Source: Puccinia triticina (Eukaryota). From it: a DNA stretch of 64,000 nt. The first letter of the stretch is position 1; each line of letters begins with the position of its first letter. The stretch covers positions 5,022,001 through 5,086,000 of the forward strand of contig CP110439.1 of NCBI GenBank assembly GCA_026914245.1, in the 5' to 3' direction. Of this stretch, positions 1-13,189 are shown one piece after another. A program made the position numbers and the translations under genes. Under the pieces are notes generated by a model. That model was not told the origin of the DNA, did not search any database, and saw only the letters and a list, made by a program, of their open reading frames with translations.

Positions 1-3000
1 ATCCCAGTTTTTCTTCTTGAAGAATATCTGGCGTCAAGATGTCAGTTTGAGTTTAACCACCCCGCAGCATTTGTCAGCCTGGATTGAAATATCAGCACAC
101 TATTCTGTTTGCCATCAGATCCCTTATCGCGTTCCATAGTCGAGAGGTGTGGCGATGTTTGGCCCGCGTGTTGCTGATCCTGGCCCAACAGTCGCTTTCG
201 ATTCGACAGTTTCTCTTGAAAGTTGGGACTCGGAGGTGCGTCTGGACCAAGCGAAAAACTGTTCCCTTCGGAGCCTCGGGCCTGACTGTTTGAGTCGAGG
301 TTAAGGGGGATGGTGGCATCATGGTCTGGTAAACCTTCCAGGAGCGGCCTGGCCAGAGCCTTGGAACCAATTATGAGCCACCCCACTTGCAGGAGAGAGA
401 GTGAGGCAAACATTTTCGAAGAATTCTGAGTTGCGAGTGGGCGGTCCCCAGCGCAGGGCGATAAGCGCCGTTACGGACACACTCAGGTCCATTTGTCATG
501 CGTTGCAGCCGGACGTGGGTATGTGGAATCTCTCGCCGCCCGAGTGTAACGTTTCCGATATTAACCAGAGTTTTGTGGAAAAAAAATGAAGGGTTTCCCC
601 TATTTTTTATCCACACAACAACAAAGAAAGGGTTCTCCCTATCTTTTAATCACAAAAAAGCAAAAAAGGCCTTCCTCATCTGAGGAGAGCCTCCACAAAA
701 AACACAACCTAGCCCAACACCAGCCAAAGCTGCTGCACCCTGCAGGCCCATACTGCCGCCCAACTCACCGGATGGGTCAAACATTATGTCAGGAAGGCCC
801 TCAGCAGCGCGGTGGCAATTTGCTAAGTGGGGGCCATCTCTTTAACACCCCAGACTGTGCAAATGCATATGCAGCAGCGGGGGAGCCTTAGACGCACAGC
901 CTGCTGGAATTACAGACAAAACAGATGCGCCTGGGGGGAGAACCTGACTGGCCAGCTCGCAGTCTTATATAGCCTAGCCCCCGCGGCTCACGGGCCTCTG
1001 GATTTGATTTGGACTTACCTCCAGGTTCACAACAACAACCCCACCAAGATGACCAAGGCAACATCACCACCGCCATCAATATGTGGTCCCCAGGTATACA
1101 TAACTACTGACATTGCTGAACCAGTTACTCCCATTTTGAGTTGTCCATACCTCAAGCGCAGCAAACAATCCATTCCACCCTACCCTCACCAACCATCCAG
1201 GAAAACCACCAACACCACCACCGCCACTGCCATGCCACTGCAGGCTTGCACCATCCCCCCACATTGGGGGGATGGTTCAGCAGGGTGGTCTCCATGATGG
1301 CAAACACTGCGTAATGGTCAGCTTTTTGCCAAGCTCATTGTGCAGAATGGTTGAATACTAACAGTTAATTGCAGAACGGAAAGACTCTACATTGTAGGGT
1401 TCAAGGCCAGCCATACCAACCTCTTCTATCCCGCTACCTCAATCAATCTTGCCAAGCTGGCCAATGACCATGCCGTCAGGAAAGACAACCTTGTCATTGT
1501 CAAGGCTGATCTTGGCAAGGTTGTACACGACCATGTCTTGATCAAGCAGGTCATAAAGTTCCAGACCCAGCAGCAGGAACTACTTCAAGCCCTGCCAACC
1601 AACAGTATCCCCCCACTCTGGGCCCAGCTGCTGGAATCCTCAACCATGCCATTGTCACTGCAACTGCTCTCTCCCAAGTCCCACTGATACAAAGCAGGCC
1701 GTTGATTGCCATTGATTTGGTTGATGAAGCAGCTTCTGCTTTGAAATTTCCAAGGGACAGTCAACCAGAAGCTGTCAACAGACTTGAGTGTGAGAAGCAT
1801 CAGATAGGAGTTGAAGCCCACACCTTGGCTAAGGAAAACGTAAGTGCAAAAATTCCCTGGTGCTGTCGCGCAACCAATGATCAGCTTGGTCACCCCGCCA
1901 AACCTCTCCTGTCTGCTCTTGACCAAGACCAAACTTTGCTCTAATGGCAGTAATAGGATCTGTGGATGGCGCCCCTTTACACCCCTACATCAGATCACAA
2001 CCAAACAAGTCACATGAGGCTGATGATATGAGCAGACCTGTCAAAGCTGCCAAACCTTCTTGTGCACCCTGTATGATTCAAATTATGCTCTCAAGGGCCC
2101 TCCCTCTGATCCAAGTTTATTAAAACCACAGTTTCACAGAGACTGACTTCATGGGTTTATGCTGCATTTCATTGAAATTGCAGGCAAAAGAAATTAAAAG
2201 TTGCAAATTTGTGTTTTTAAGTTTAAAAAGTTAAAGTTTGTTTTTTTGCTTGAGTTGAGAGTTTATGTTTTGTTTGAATTTAGAGTTCATGTTTTGTTTG
2301 AGTGTAAATTTTTGGTTTTGTTTGAGTTTATTTCATTTTTTTTATGTTTTGATTGTGGTCATATTTTTTGTTTTGTGTGAGTTTGAAGTTTAAATAATAA
2401 GTTTTGTTCAAGATTCAAATTTGTGTTTTTTGAAATCAAGAAGGAGCCTACTCAAATGAAATAGGGGGCCTTCAGGGAGGGGGTGGGACGAAACCCAGAT
2501 CCCTGGGGGGACAAACAGCTTCCCCCTAGCCCTTTAAGTATTGGTCCCAGCTTGCACATGACACAAGGCCCCTGGGCCCTGACATCCTTTGCACCCACCT
2601 GAACACAACTCTGTTGCCAGGGCCCTGCACCTGGGCAGACAAAATGCTGGCCTGTACACACTTTTCCGAGTGTTTACAGGTCAGCTTGAGAGGTTTACTC
2701 CTCTGGATGACCAGCCAGGGACATCCAGGGTTTTTTCGAATCCAAGGAAGTTGGCTTCAAGCAGTTAGAAGTTGCCCTTGCTTTCCAGGAGGCTTCGAAC
2801 TCTTTGGCGGTCCACACATCTCTGGATGACCGGTGTGGAACTACTCTTGGGATGAATAGAGCTGGAGAGGGAATGGTGCTTTAATGGGCTGCCTCTCTGG
2901 GAACAAGAAAAAGATATAAGAGTGTGGACTCTTATGGAAAGGTGTGGCTATAGAGGATTCTTGAGGTATGTCTTGAGGGTTACTTTTCTACTAATCTAAT

Positions 3001-5265
3001 ATTTTGTACACAGATAACAAGCTTGTCCAATCTGATTTATTGGCATAAGCAAGGCTAATGATAGGTGACCAGTGATCTGAATTACTTTGCAGTTAGCAGT
3101 AATTTTCCTACTAAGCCTGCCGCGCACCCCTTATATCTCTGGGACGAATTCTGAAAATTATCAGATCATGAATTTGCACATGTACCATGATACTGTGAAA
3201 TATTTGGGGCTACTGGGGCACAGGAAGCGATATTCCAGGTCCCTGCCACATTAAAATATGATTATTTTATCTCAATTTTCTCTAGGCTCAAGGAGACCAT
3301 CAAATGACTTGATTATTTTTTGAGGGGGGTCATAAAAGGTCGTTCTATCGACTCATCAAAAAATATCTCCGGAAAAGTAAGCCGTTTTTTTGGGGGAACG
3401 CACAGTGCGCAAAGAGCCGTGGCAGAAGCGCGCACTGGGGGCGGGACGTCGCGACGACGACCCCCACAGTGCGCGAAGAGTTTTTCGCAGTGCGCGAAGT
3501 AGGTCCGTATATTTTTTTTTTGGTTGATTTGGCTACAAAATGATTTCCCTGCTTTTTCCTCTGAAATGGCCATGTAGTCCACAAGTATACATCCCATCAG
3601 TTATGCTTTGAATTGCCATTCACACCAATCAACTTACGAACCGGTACATGGGTTAGTGTTATCAGTCTCAAAGTAGGAGTACTGCCTGCTTGGAGCTCTA
3701 CACGCTTTCAAGCTGCCCAATAGGAACCATGTTTGAGTGGGAATGGCCCCCTTATTTGAGTTGTTACAACAAGTTATCAATATCCCGGGTAAAGTTGAGT
3801 GGATTCTAGGGCGCTTGTTTCCCTGCCAGTTATAAGCCATGCTGGGGTACCTTGTCCTTAGACGGATCAACCCAATTGGTAGCCGCCACATAGGACAACA
3901 ACTTCGAAAATGATCATCTTTAATGTCCGCCATCACATCAACGGGGGACGTGCTCTGATGAAAGATATTCACGAGGAAATTTGATCTTGCCCAGCACTTC
4001 TCCGACTCTGATCCAGAAGATGAAAAAAGGTTACCTCCCAATAAGGAAAGAAATTATTATTATTATTTCACCATATGCTCATTCCAACCGAGTTAATATG
4101 CGCATCTGTCAACCTATTTGGCTCGTCCATGGGGCATGAACTGCAATTGGTCTCGAAGCCGTCGTTGGAAGAAAAGAAGTCCACTATTTAGTATGCTCCA
4201 CTGCAACTCCAGGTGAGGAAGCAACCCATTGAGGGCAGAGGAAGATGCATATATATATGTTTCAACTTGATATAGCACATCCTCACCTTGCCAGCCAACT
4301 GGGAGGCCAGAAGGGGGAATGATCATCAGCCCTTCCGTCAGAAGAGTTGAGACCAGCCTCTGAGAAGATGTATCCGTGAGGCGGGAGAAACACTGCTTTG
4401 AGTTCCAGAGATCACAAGAGTTCTCCGGTGACCTCATTCATAAGTGCCTATCAAATCTCCTGGATAGGTTTTTTTCACTCAAACATCATCTTGGTTCTTG
4501 GGATTTCAAGTCCGGCGTAACTCTTGAGAATGCGTGCTGTAATTGTCAGACTCAGTATTGGATGATTTGGCACTTCAACATTTGTAAACACCGATGGTGC
4601 AGCGGAGACATATAGCTTTAATTAATCGTGCTGCTGGGGAGACTCAACAGAGAGAGCGGTAATTAGGTATTTACTTGAGACGTAGCAAACCCAACTTGAC
4701 CCTCCATTGGATTTGACACTTGAATTTTATCTTGGACACCAAACCTGGAAATTGTTCCCCAGAACCGTATAATCCGATATTGGCTAAGATACTTCTGAAC
4801 ACGCATGCTATACTTTTCTCCCACCCCGATATCCAATCCTTTCCAGGGTATTTGCACACAAAAGCGCCCAAGGGGATATCAGAAGAGGCAAGCGGAAGAC
4901 GGGAGCCAAGCAAGTTTCGAATCCTATGAGCTTGGACCAATCATGTGGCCGACCCTTAGTGGATGTGTATGATTCACAAAGAAGACGGGCAACGTTCGTC
5001 CAATTTATCCAAGTCACGAAAGGGGTTATGTCGTTGGGAGCCTGGCTTGACGGTTACCAGAAGAAACGCCAACACGTGGTGTGCTTGTAAGTGATGTTCA
5101 TTCAAGATGGTCCATCCCTCGCTTGATCGCTCGCGCTAGCTGTCACACTCTGACGCCCAACCCTGCATGGCCCGGATTGAACAATTATAGTATGTACATT
5201 TTTTTCTTCTTCTTTGTGGAATGCAGTATTCAGTATGCAGATCAAACTACAAGCGATGAATGTGT

Positions 5266-5887
5266 TCAGACGGTCATGGACTCCAGATCGATCGACCTGA
5301 CGATTTCTTTGAGCGCGCGTTGGTTAGCTTCGACCTCTGCTTCGAGACTCTGTTGCGATCGGGGAATGTTTGATTGGTGGATGAGCATCTATCGACGACG
5401 AGTTGGAGAAGCGGGGGCTGGGCATACTTTGATCCTGGCGACGAGTTTGTTGGCCTCGTCCTCTGCGGCCTTCTGCCTAGCCTTCAACCCGTCCTCGATC
5501 GCGGTCCGCGGCCTGAGCATGAACCTTTGCCCAGAAGCGAGGATCAGTCACGGTGCTCGTTGTTCGCGAACGGAAGGGGGGTCTCCTGACATTTTGCCCA
5601 CGGGCTGGTAGAAGTGGATCTGGCCGGGGGAGAGCTTATTGAGTTCGCTGAGGGTGAGTGCCGATTGTCTGGCCACGCGGACCTTGCCGGCCAGCTCGGC
5701 GCGACACCTGGCCAGCTCTCTGGTGACGTCCCTCGCCTGGCGCTGGAGCTGCGACAGGATCTGTGTTTGATCCCCCCGGAAGGACATGCAGCGGCGGGGT
5801 CAGCTTGTCCAGGAGCGCTCTGCTGGATATCGGAGGTCGAAGTGGCTCACCTACATTCCTGATTTCATCGTTGTGCTGGTCCGGCAT
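5266..5887 (-). CDS. PFD1: Prefoldin subunit 1 (beta-type prefoldin), 4 exons
   Basis: Manual splicing at three GT-AG introns gives MPDQHNDEIRN/ILSQLQRQARDVTRELARCRAEL...LSELNKLSPGQIHFYQPVGKM/FMLRPRTAIEDGLKARQKAAEDEANKLVARIK/SLEAEVEANQRALKEIVRSIDLESMTV*. The Y..VGKMF hairpin between two coiled coils is typical of prefoldin 1. Confidence 0.85.
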
Positions 5888-6333
5888 CTTGGGTGAGTGG
5901 GTGGCCGCTGCTCTGGGGCTGAGAACCTTGGGCAGGATGCCTCGGGGACCCCGAAGCCCCGGGCTCCACCCGTCTGGTCAGCCGGGGCCGGAGCCAGTCC
6001 GCCGCCGGCATGATGAAATTCGCCGGCGGGATGTCACTGACTGTGCGAAGAAGTGATCTTAAGCTGCAAATATGTAGTGTCCGATTCATGGCCATGCCCC
6101 GCACGCGGCTCATGTCCGGCCAGCATGGGAGCTGGTCTGCCCTCGCCGGACACTGCAGGGCGTGCAGCTGTCTGCAGGGCTAAGGCTGACTGTGTCCGAG
6201 CGGGTGTGTTGAACAAAAGAAAGTGTTTTGGCCATGACCGCCAGATCGGGGAATCCTGGGTGCGCCCCTCGGGCCCCAGCCCATCCCTGCCCAGCCATCG
6301 CCAGCCAGCCACCATCTGCACATCCCCTCGACC

Positions 6334-7374
6334 ATGCACGCCTCCTGCCTCACCCTCACCCTCCTCTCGGCCCTGGCGCTCTCCAGCGATGGCCACGCCG
6401 ACACCCCCGCCGACCCCTCGGCCGACTTCCTCACCGTACACATGGACAAGGAGCACCACATCCAGGTATGCATCTCTTAATCTTTCCCCCGGACGGATCC
6501 CCCCAGCGGATCGGTGGACTCATCTCGGACTGTTTGGCAGGGCTTCGACTTGCAATCCGCCTTCCACCTCCACGACCTCAACTCCGACAACATCCTCGAG
6601 GCCTCCGAGGTGCTCAAGCTCTACGGCGTCGACCACGAGACGGCCATCGACCAGTCCGACTCCGTCGACCACCACAACTCCGTCGCCGCCCGCATCCTCT
6701 CCGAGGTCATGGACAAGCTCGACCTCAACAAGGACGGCCTCATCACCAAGTCCGAGTTCGTCGCCGTCGTCAGCCAACACGGCCTGCCCACCTTCGACGA
6801 CATCTCCGGGCTCGGCCACCATTACGATGAAGAAGGCGAATACTTCCTCCAGTCAGTCATCTCTCCACTCTCCGACGGGACAGACTACTGACAGCCCAGG
6901 GCTTTTTTTTTTTTTTGCCAGTCACGAAGAGATGTTCCACAGCAGTCCGGAGTCGCAGCGGGAGGAAGCGTATGTGCATCCGGAAGACATTGCCCATTTC
7001 TCCCACCACGAGGAGCTCGAGGTGAAGGAGGACGAGCTCGCGCGGGTGGCCCAAGGCCTGCCGGCGGACGTGAACACGCTCGCCTACCGGCGCCAGCGCC
7101 AGCGCCACGCCGACCTCGACCTCGAGCGCGAACGCCGCCTCGACGCCGTCCGCGCTCAGGCCGCAAAGTACAGCTCCTTCCACGACGAGGCCCAGCGCCG
7201 CGGCTCCTGGGCGGGCTTCAAGAAGCCCGTCGATCAGGCCGACAGGCTGCGCAAAAACATCCCCTACAAGGTCCGCCATCCCCACCCCTGCTTCCTGCGG
7301 GTTTCCTCCTTATTGACCCTCTCTCTCTCTCTTGCTAGTACAAGCTTCGGAAACCGTTCCTTGGAGAGTTTTGA
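6334..7374 (+). CDS. SSP120: SSP120-like secreted/ER EF-hand calcium-binding protein, 4 exons
   Basis: Signal peptide MHASCLTLTLLSALALSS, then HMDKEHHI/GFDLQSAFHLHDLNSDNILEASEV and EF-hand DLNKDGLITKSEF. Also LGHHYDEEGEYFLHHEEMFH and HPEDIAHFSHHE, ending YKLRKPFLGEF*. Introns are GT-AG. Confidence 0.85.
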
Positions 7375-8165
7375 TCCATCCGCCACCAAAACCCGTCCCA
7401 CCAACACCTTTTTCCTCAGAGGCAGTCGCAAAATGACTGTGATATGGACACGCAAACTCTTCTTTTGAATAGCACTTCAATTCCTTGTATCCTTCCTCAG
7501 CTCTCCCGCGCGCCCTTATCGGACTCAAGCATTTTTCCTCTTCTTTGTTTTCTTTCGTTGTTGTAGTTTCACTACCACTCGCTCTTGTTTGTTGGACCAT
7601 CTTTCCATCTCGCTCGAGTGTAAACCCAATAGACGCCAGCAAACATGTACCTGTTCTTCGTTCTTTTGGACACGCATTGTGGCTGGCGTGCAAAGACCCT
7701 TGGTGCTAGACACTCTATTCAACAGCCGGCCGCCGTGAGACCGAGAGAGGACATTGTAAATTATGAATACGTCGCTGAAAGGAAGCTTTGCTGCTTGTGC
7801 TAAAATGTATCCTAAATTATGATGTGAATACCCAGAAAAAACATGGATTAAAAATGACAGACACGGTGCAGTGAAAGGGGGAAAAGGAGAAGCGGAAGCG
7901 GAAGCCACAGCAGCACAAGACATACACTGCAAGGGAGAGAAAGGATGCATCTGATTTGGGGGGTGTTCTTTGCTGCAACATGCAACCCGGGCACCACAAC
8001 CTCTGTATAACATTGCTACGCAACATGCAACCCCCGGACAGCATCTTTCCGGAACAGATACACGCCATGTAGCAACGACGGGAAGCTACTTACGTTCGGT
8101 TATCCAGACGGATTTTTGTCACGTAACTTCCCACCGTTATCAGATAACGCAGTGGTAACAAGTAA

Positions 8166-8752
8166 CGAACTTAACAAAGTCCCTCAAGACTTTGGGGGTG
8201 AACTTGCGAAGCGAGCCTCCGTCAGGAGGGACTTACCCCTTAGCTCCCCAAACTTGCGCACCAAGAATGGATTTTCAAGGTTTTTTTTTTTTTTCTACAG
8301 CTTGCCCACCACATCCACTCCTTGTTTATTAGCTCAATGTCATTGGAACATGCTGGAGAAAAGGGTACAGATGTGTACATCTCCCATGATCCCCTCTACA
8401 TTCTTGTGGAGAGCAAACTGTGGAAAGTGTGTTGGTGAGCACAGACCCTTGCCGTGCAAAATCCTCATTTTGTGTATATTTCAAGATTTTTTTTGGACCA
8501 GAAGGAATGTTGTGAAGTTACCCAAATTCTGTAGGTTGGACAGGCACAAGCTAATCTTTCACCTAAGCAGCTTTATTCCAAAGAAAGACATGGAAGCAAG
8601 GAATTATAGAAGTTTGAAAACTCCTGCCACCTAAATTTAAAATCTTGCCCCCGCAAAAAGGGGCAATAAGGCGCAAGTGCCTCCTGCCGAGGGCTGTCGG
8701 AGGCTTGCTTTGCAAGACACACACCCGCAGCAGAGGGACTTTGTTAAGTTTG
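8166..8752. mobile_element. Mutator-like MITE (AACTTAACAAAGTCCCTC TIR family)
   Basis: TIR AACTTAACAAAGTCCCTC / GAGGGACTTTGTTAAGTT. 9-bp flanks AACAAGTAA / GACAAGTAC match 7/9. Confidence 0.7.
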
Positions 8753-9053
8753 GACAAGTACGGGCGCGGGGCGCCAGAGCGGCCAGCGGGGTGTCCGGGT
8801 GTGCGGTGCTGCGGAGGAAAGGGGCTACGGATGCCCTCGGCGCGGCGCGGATGAGAGTTGCAGAGGTGGGGCGCATTACTTGAGCGCCGAGCCGCGGCCA
8901 GATGCAGCGGAGTTGCGGCATGCGGAGCGAAGCAGGCTGCGCAGTCCAGCAGGGACTTTCTAGTAGTGGCGCGGAGCTGGGGGAAGCTGCGGCAGCTGGG
9001 GCGGAGGCAGCAAGTAGGATCCCAAGCCTCCGGAGGCTAGGCAGGGGCGTGGA

Positions 9054-9715
9054 CGAGCTTAACAAAGCCTCACTGTGAGAGCCCCGCAGGGTCTCTGTCT
9101 CACAGAGAGGCTTACCTGGAAAAACCTGTACCTGGCCTGAGAGCCCCAGGAATATCCACCTGTATTAGGCTTTTTTTCACATTTTCCTTTTTTAAAAATC
9201 AACCGTTCATCTGTTGAAGTCGCCCCTCGGGACTTGAGGAGTGCTCGGCATTGCGCTTCTTTTGATGCAATTTGAGCCTTGTAGCTCCCAATATAAGGCC
9301 TGATCCTCCCGGTTGAAATTTCCAATCATGGAGGAAAAGTGGCTGTGTAGGGAGTGAGATTTACTGTACAGAACTGTACAACTCTATTAGTCATCTCAAA
9401 GGATTCTTGGAAAGTGAGCTCCTTTGAGCCAATCTCCAGCTCATGGGAGGAGGGCAATGGTGGCAGGCCTACCACCAATTTGAAGAGGAGATGCAGGTCT
9501 TTCACCGGTTCAAGAGGCGGGTAACATGCCCTCTGGGAAGTGGGGGATTTGGGGGCACAAAGTTGGCCACCTGCAAAAAACACCAACTGCACGCGGGGCT
9601 CTCACGCCAGGAATTGTGGATTGCACGCAAGTCCCTCCCTGACGGGAGGTCGCACTTCGTGCGAGGCGCTTTGCGCCCCTGCCCCCCGGCAGGCGAGGGA
9701 CCTGTGCTAAGTTTG
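9054..9715. mobile_element. Mutator-like MITE, copy 1 of a family repeated at 14233-15909
   Basis: Perfect 9-bp TSD GGGCGTGGA and imperfect TIRs. Highly similar along its length to the copy at 14233. Confidence 0.8.
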
Positions 9716-10185
9716 GGGCGTGGATGATGGATGCGGCGGAGTCTGGCGGCTGTCTACGGCAAGCAGCGCAAGTGCAGAGAACGGCGTCGGAGCGGCGGTG
9801 ACGGCATGCGTGGGATGGGAGGAGGATCTGTTTTCTTAGTGCTATTCTATTGCTATTGTGTGGTTTTTAGGTCTATGTGGGTTAGGAGATGCGGTGGGAG
9901 TTTTCTCACAGGGGGGTTTCTTTGTACGGCGGAGGGAGGAGGTGTTTTCTTTTACTTACTCACTCACTTATTTTGGGGGGGGGGGCGTTTTCCGCCCATC
10001 ATTGGAGGAGGATTGTTTTACTTTTACAACTCTACTTCTTCTTTGTGGTTACGGAGGCGGTTCTTTTAGGGTTATTAGGGTTTTACTGGATTACTTTCTT
10101 TGCTATTCTCATTGGTTTTTGCGGCTTTCATCCTGAGCGGAGTTTCCTGGAGCACTTATACTACGCCGAGCTCGGAGAACCCTTG

Positions 10186-10401
10186 CACTGCCAGCATAAT
10201 TAGATGGGTTAAGGTTATCCCAGTTAAACTGGGATGAACTCAACCGATTTAAACTTGGGTGATCTCAACTGATGAAATATAAATCCAAGGTACCCCCCTT
10301 GGGTTTATATTTCATTGGTCAAGATCAACCCATTTTAAATTGGTTGAGTGCATCCCAGTTAAACTGGGATGACTTCATCCCAGCCAATCATGCTGGCAGT
10401 G
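10186..10401. mobile_element. CACTG-ended palindromic MITE (CACTA superfamily)
   Basis: TIR CACTGCCAGCAT / ATGCTGGCAGTG. Internal palindrome ATCCCAGTTAAACTGGGAT occurs twice. Flanks TTG/TCG. Confidence 0.7.
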
Positions 10402-11619
10402 TCGATACACTCGGGAATCTTGCGGAGGAGATGGAGCTGCAGTCATTATGTGACAGAGCGACACTTCCTTTCACCACAACGCGTTATCGCTATCTGGTAA
10501 AATGTGCTTGTGCACGTTTGGATAACGTAACGGAGGGCAATTTCCCCCTCAATACCGCAAAAAAAATAATGCCAGTAACGCGCTAACTGCGTTATCTGGC
10601 GCAAAAACACTGTAAAATGGGCAAAAAACCCGTGTTATCTGCATGTTATCCCCCTAAATGGCGGGGGATAACGCAACAGGTCTAATAACTCAGGAAAAAA
10701 GTAATAAAATTAACGCAACTGAAACATTGTTGCCATTAGCGCAACAATTAAGTTTTTTTATCCATTACTTTTAGTTACAGATAACGTAACTTCCCATTGT
10801 TTCATGTAGATATTGCAGATTGCGCTAACCCTACACTAATTTAGCCGAATTCAGCTACATCAAGCTATGCTAACTGTAGCGGTTAGCGTAGCTGGCCAAG
10901 GGAGGATTAGCGTAACTAATCCTCCTCGGAAACTGCATTGGGTCCGATTTAATCGGACTAAACTCCTCCCAGGAGTACAATTTCGAGTAAGTGGGAGTAA
11001 ATTTACTCCTTGCTAATCCTGGGAGTAAGCGCTGCATGCAGACACTCCTCCCCACCCAAAAGTATGCACCAAACACAGCTTACATAAGCTGTAGGTGCAT
11101 ACAACATACTTACTCATCATTTAAGCCCGCACCAATGCGGTTGACCACCCGGATTAGTGCTAATCCCGGAATAAGCGAATCCGCTACTCCTCAAGTTACA
11201 CCCGCACCAATGCGGATACTCTAAGGGGCTTACAATCACCAATGGTGTCTTGACAGCCATCTTCTTGGTTACTGCAGGGGTCAAGATGCTCTTTGCCCTT
11301 GGACTCCGCTACCAACAATGAAAATCTGTTACGTAAGCTGACTTTGATGCGGGTTGACATGGTGGGTGGGCCATCAAGGCCCATGAGATCAAAGGCAACA
11401 CCCCAAAATTTTGTAGTTTTGGGTTATGTGATTACAAAATCTGTACTACGGCCTTCCGGCTGGGGAAGTCTGACTGGCATCTTTGGATACCAAAGGTGAA
11501 ACCCAAAGTCAGAAACCAAAATCAATGGCGCAATTTGTGTCAGTCCAGGGCTTCCGTAAAAATCCCTACAGAAGCCTACAGACACCAGGTTGGGCTACTT
11601 GTGAAGGCTACCCTATTAT

Positions 11620-12321
11620 CTAACTTAACAAAGTCCCTCCTTTGCGGGGCAGAGTGGGGAGCAGAGTGCCGCCGACCGCAGGGAGGGACTTAGACCTTAT
11701 GTGGGGGAGCTCGCCTGAGAGCATTGGGCAGAAATCTGGTTCAACTTTGAGAGGATGTAGCTCACTCGTTTTGCGAGCTACATATGAAGTTCCAAGCATC
11801 AAGATGCAAATGCATCCCGTCTGTCTTTTTATCAACTCTGTTTTTGAAGAGAGTCACTCAAACAAAAAAAGTGAAGGAGAATAAAGACAAAAGAAAATTT
11901 CTCCGCTTGGACCTGCGGGGCCAGGCACCGCCCAAGAAGAGGGTGGTCTTGAGGCTTGCAACTTTTTTCAAAAATTAATCAGAAAATCCCTTGATGGTAT
12001 CTTGATCAGCTGTAGAGCTTAAAAAATCAATCATGTATGTATGTCCGTAAGTCCCAATAATGGGGGGGGCAGCGTTGAAGCTGCAGGCTACAAAATTCAA
12101 AGAGTGATTTTCCATCACTTTTTGGTGGGTGGTCTCCCACCCAAACAGTTGCTTTAGCCGTATGTCCCTCCCTGCGGGAGGGACATACGGCTAAAGCAAC
12201 TGGGGAGGGGTGGCTTCGCCACCAGCCAAACTTAAGCTCCACCCAAATGAGTTACCCCCCGGACCACCACCCAAGCTCCAAACTCTGACCTCCCGCATGG
12301 GGAGGGACTTTGATAAGTTAG
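11620..12321. mobile_element. Mutator-like MITE
   Basis: TIR CTAACTTAACAAAGTCCCTCC / GGAGGGACTTTGATAAGTTAG. Perfect 9-bp TSD CCCTATTAT. Confidence 0.85.
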
Positions 12322-12984
12322 CCCTATTATTCAGTTGGTTATAAGGTTGGCTATGAAATTATCCAAGAGGATCACCAGGAAAATTATTATGTCAACTGGG
12401 GGCAGGTGACGTGAAGGCATCTCCAGTTTGGTCTCCATTCGAACTCCACTCTGAAAATCAGCCCACCACTTGTACTGCTCATTCCGATGAGCAGGTTCAT
12501 TCATGTTCAGCTCACTTCATGAGTATGTCCTCACGCTAGCATGGCTCATATTCTGCTCAGAAAACTTATGTATATGTATATGTACATATGTACATAAATG
12601 AGCTGTGCTTTGGGATTGCCAGATTCACACGCACGCGTGTAGTCTGACGCCTTGCGGCCCTTGGCCCTCGCACCCATCTGGGGTGCACCTGCTCCCGGAG
12701 GACCCGCTCGGCTAACCTCTCCTCCCTTACGGACACTTCTTGGCCCTTGGGATCCCTCTGAGGGGACCTCAAGCCAATGCAAGGCCATGAGGAGGGGAAT
12801 CCCTAGTGGACTGGGGACCACACCTCCCCCCGAACCTCACACAGGAGTCTTGTAGTCCCCCTCCCGGGCTCTCGGGACTCCTTGGGCGCCGCAACATAGC
12901 GCCAAGCCTGTGAGTAGGAACGAGACGGCTCCCGCCGCAAGTTCGAGTGTACATAACCGCAAAGCACGGGCGGCGAGCTAGCCT

Positions 12985-13103
12985 AACACAATCCCCTCGT
13001 TTCAGGGGCCGGGGGAGCCTCGCGAAGCAAGCCTCTGAATTGCTCCGCGGGAGGGGCCCGGCGGTGTTTCACCTGCCTCCCTCTGAAACGAGGGGCTTGT
13101 GTT
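12985..13103. mobile_element. Small palindromic MITE
   Basis: AACACAATCCCCTCGTTTCAG ... CTGAAACGAGGGGCTTGTGTT, with GAGCTAG near both flanks. Confidence 0.55.
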
Positions 13104-13189
13104 GAGCTAGGGTGGCGAGCATGCACAGTGCACCTGCCCTGCCAGGAGGCTGCCCCGCCGCGTCCAGGTCAGAATGTACTCAATGGCAA

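Larger units (their letters stand above)
8074..10801. mobile_element. Mutator-like MITE (ACGTAAC/GTTATC-rich family), split by nested insertions
   Basis: Imperfect TIRs AACGACGGGAAG / CTTCCCATTGTT. Degenerate 9-bp TSD CCATGTAGC / TCATGTAGA. Same motif style as the MITE at 33055. Confidence 0.55.

Noticed and set aside
1..5050. Possible gene or TE fragments in short ORFs
   Set aside because: No recognisable domain or consistent exon chain could be built by eye, so left unannotated.
6053..7468. 471-aa ORF as a single protein
   Set aside because: Mostly an off-frame reading of GC-rich SSP120 exons and introns; only part is the true frame.
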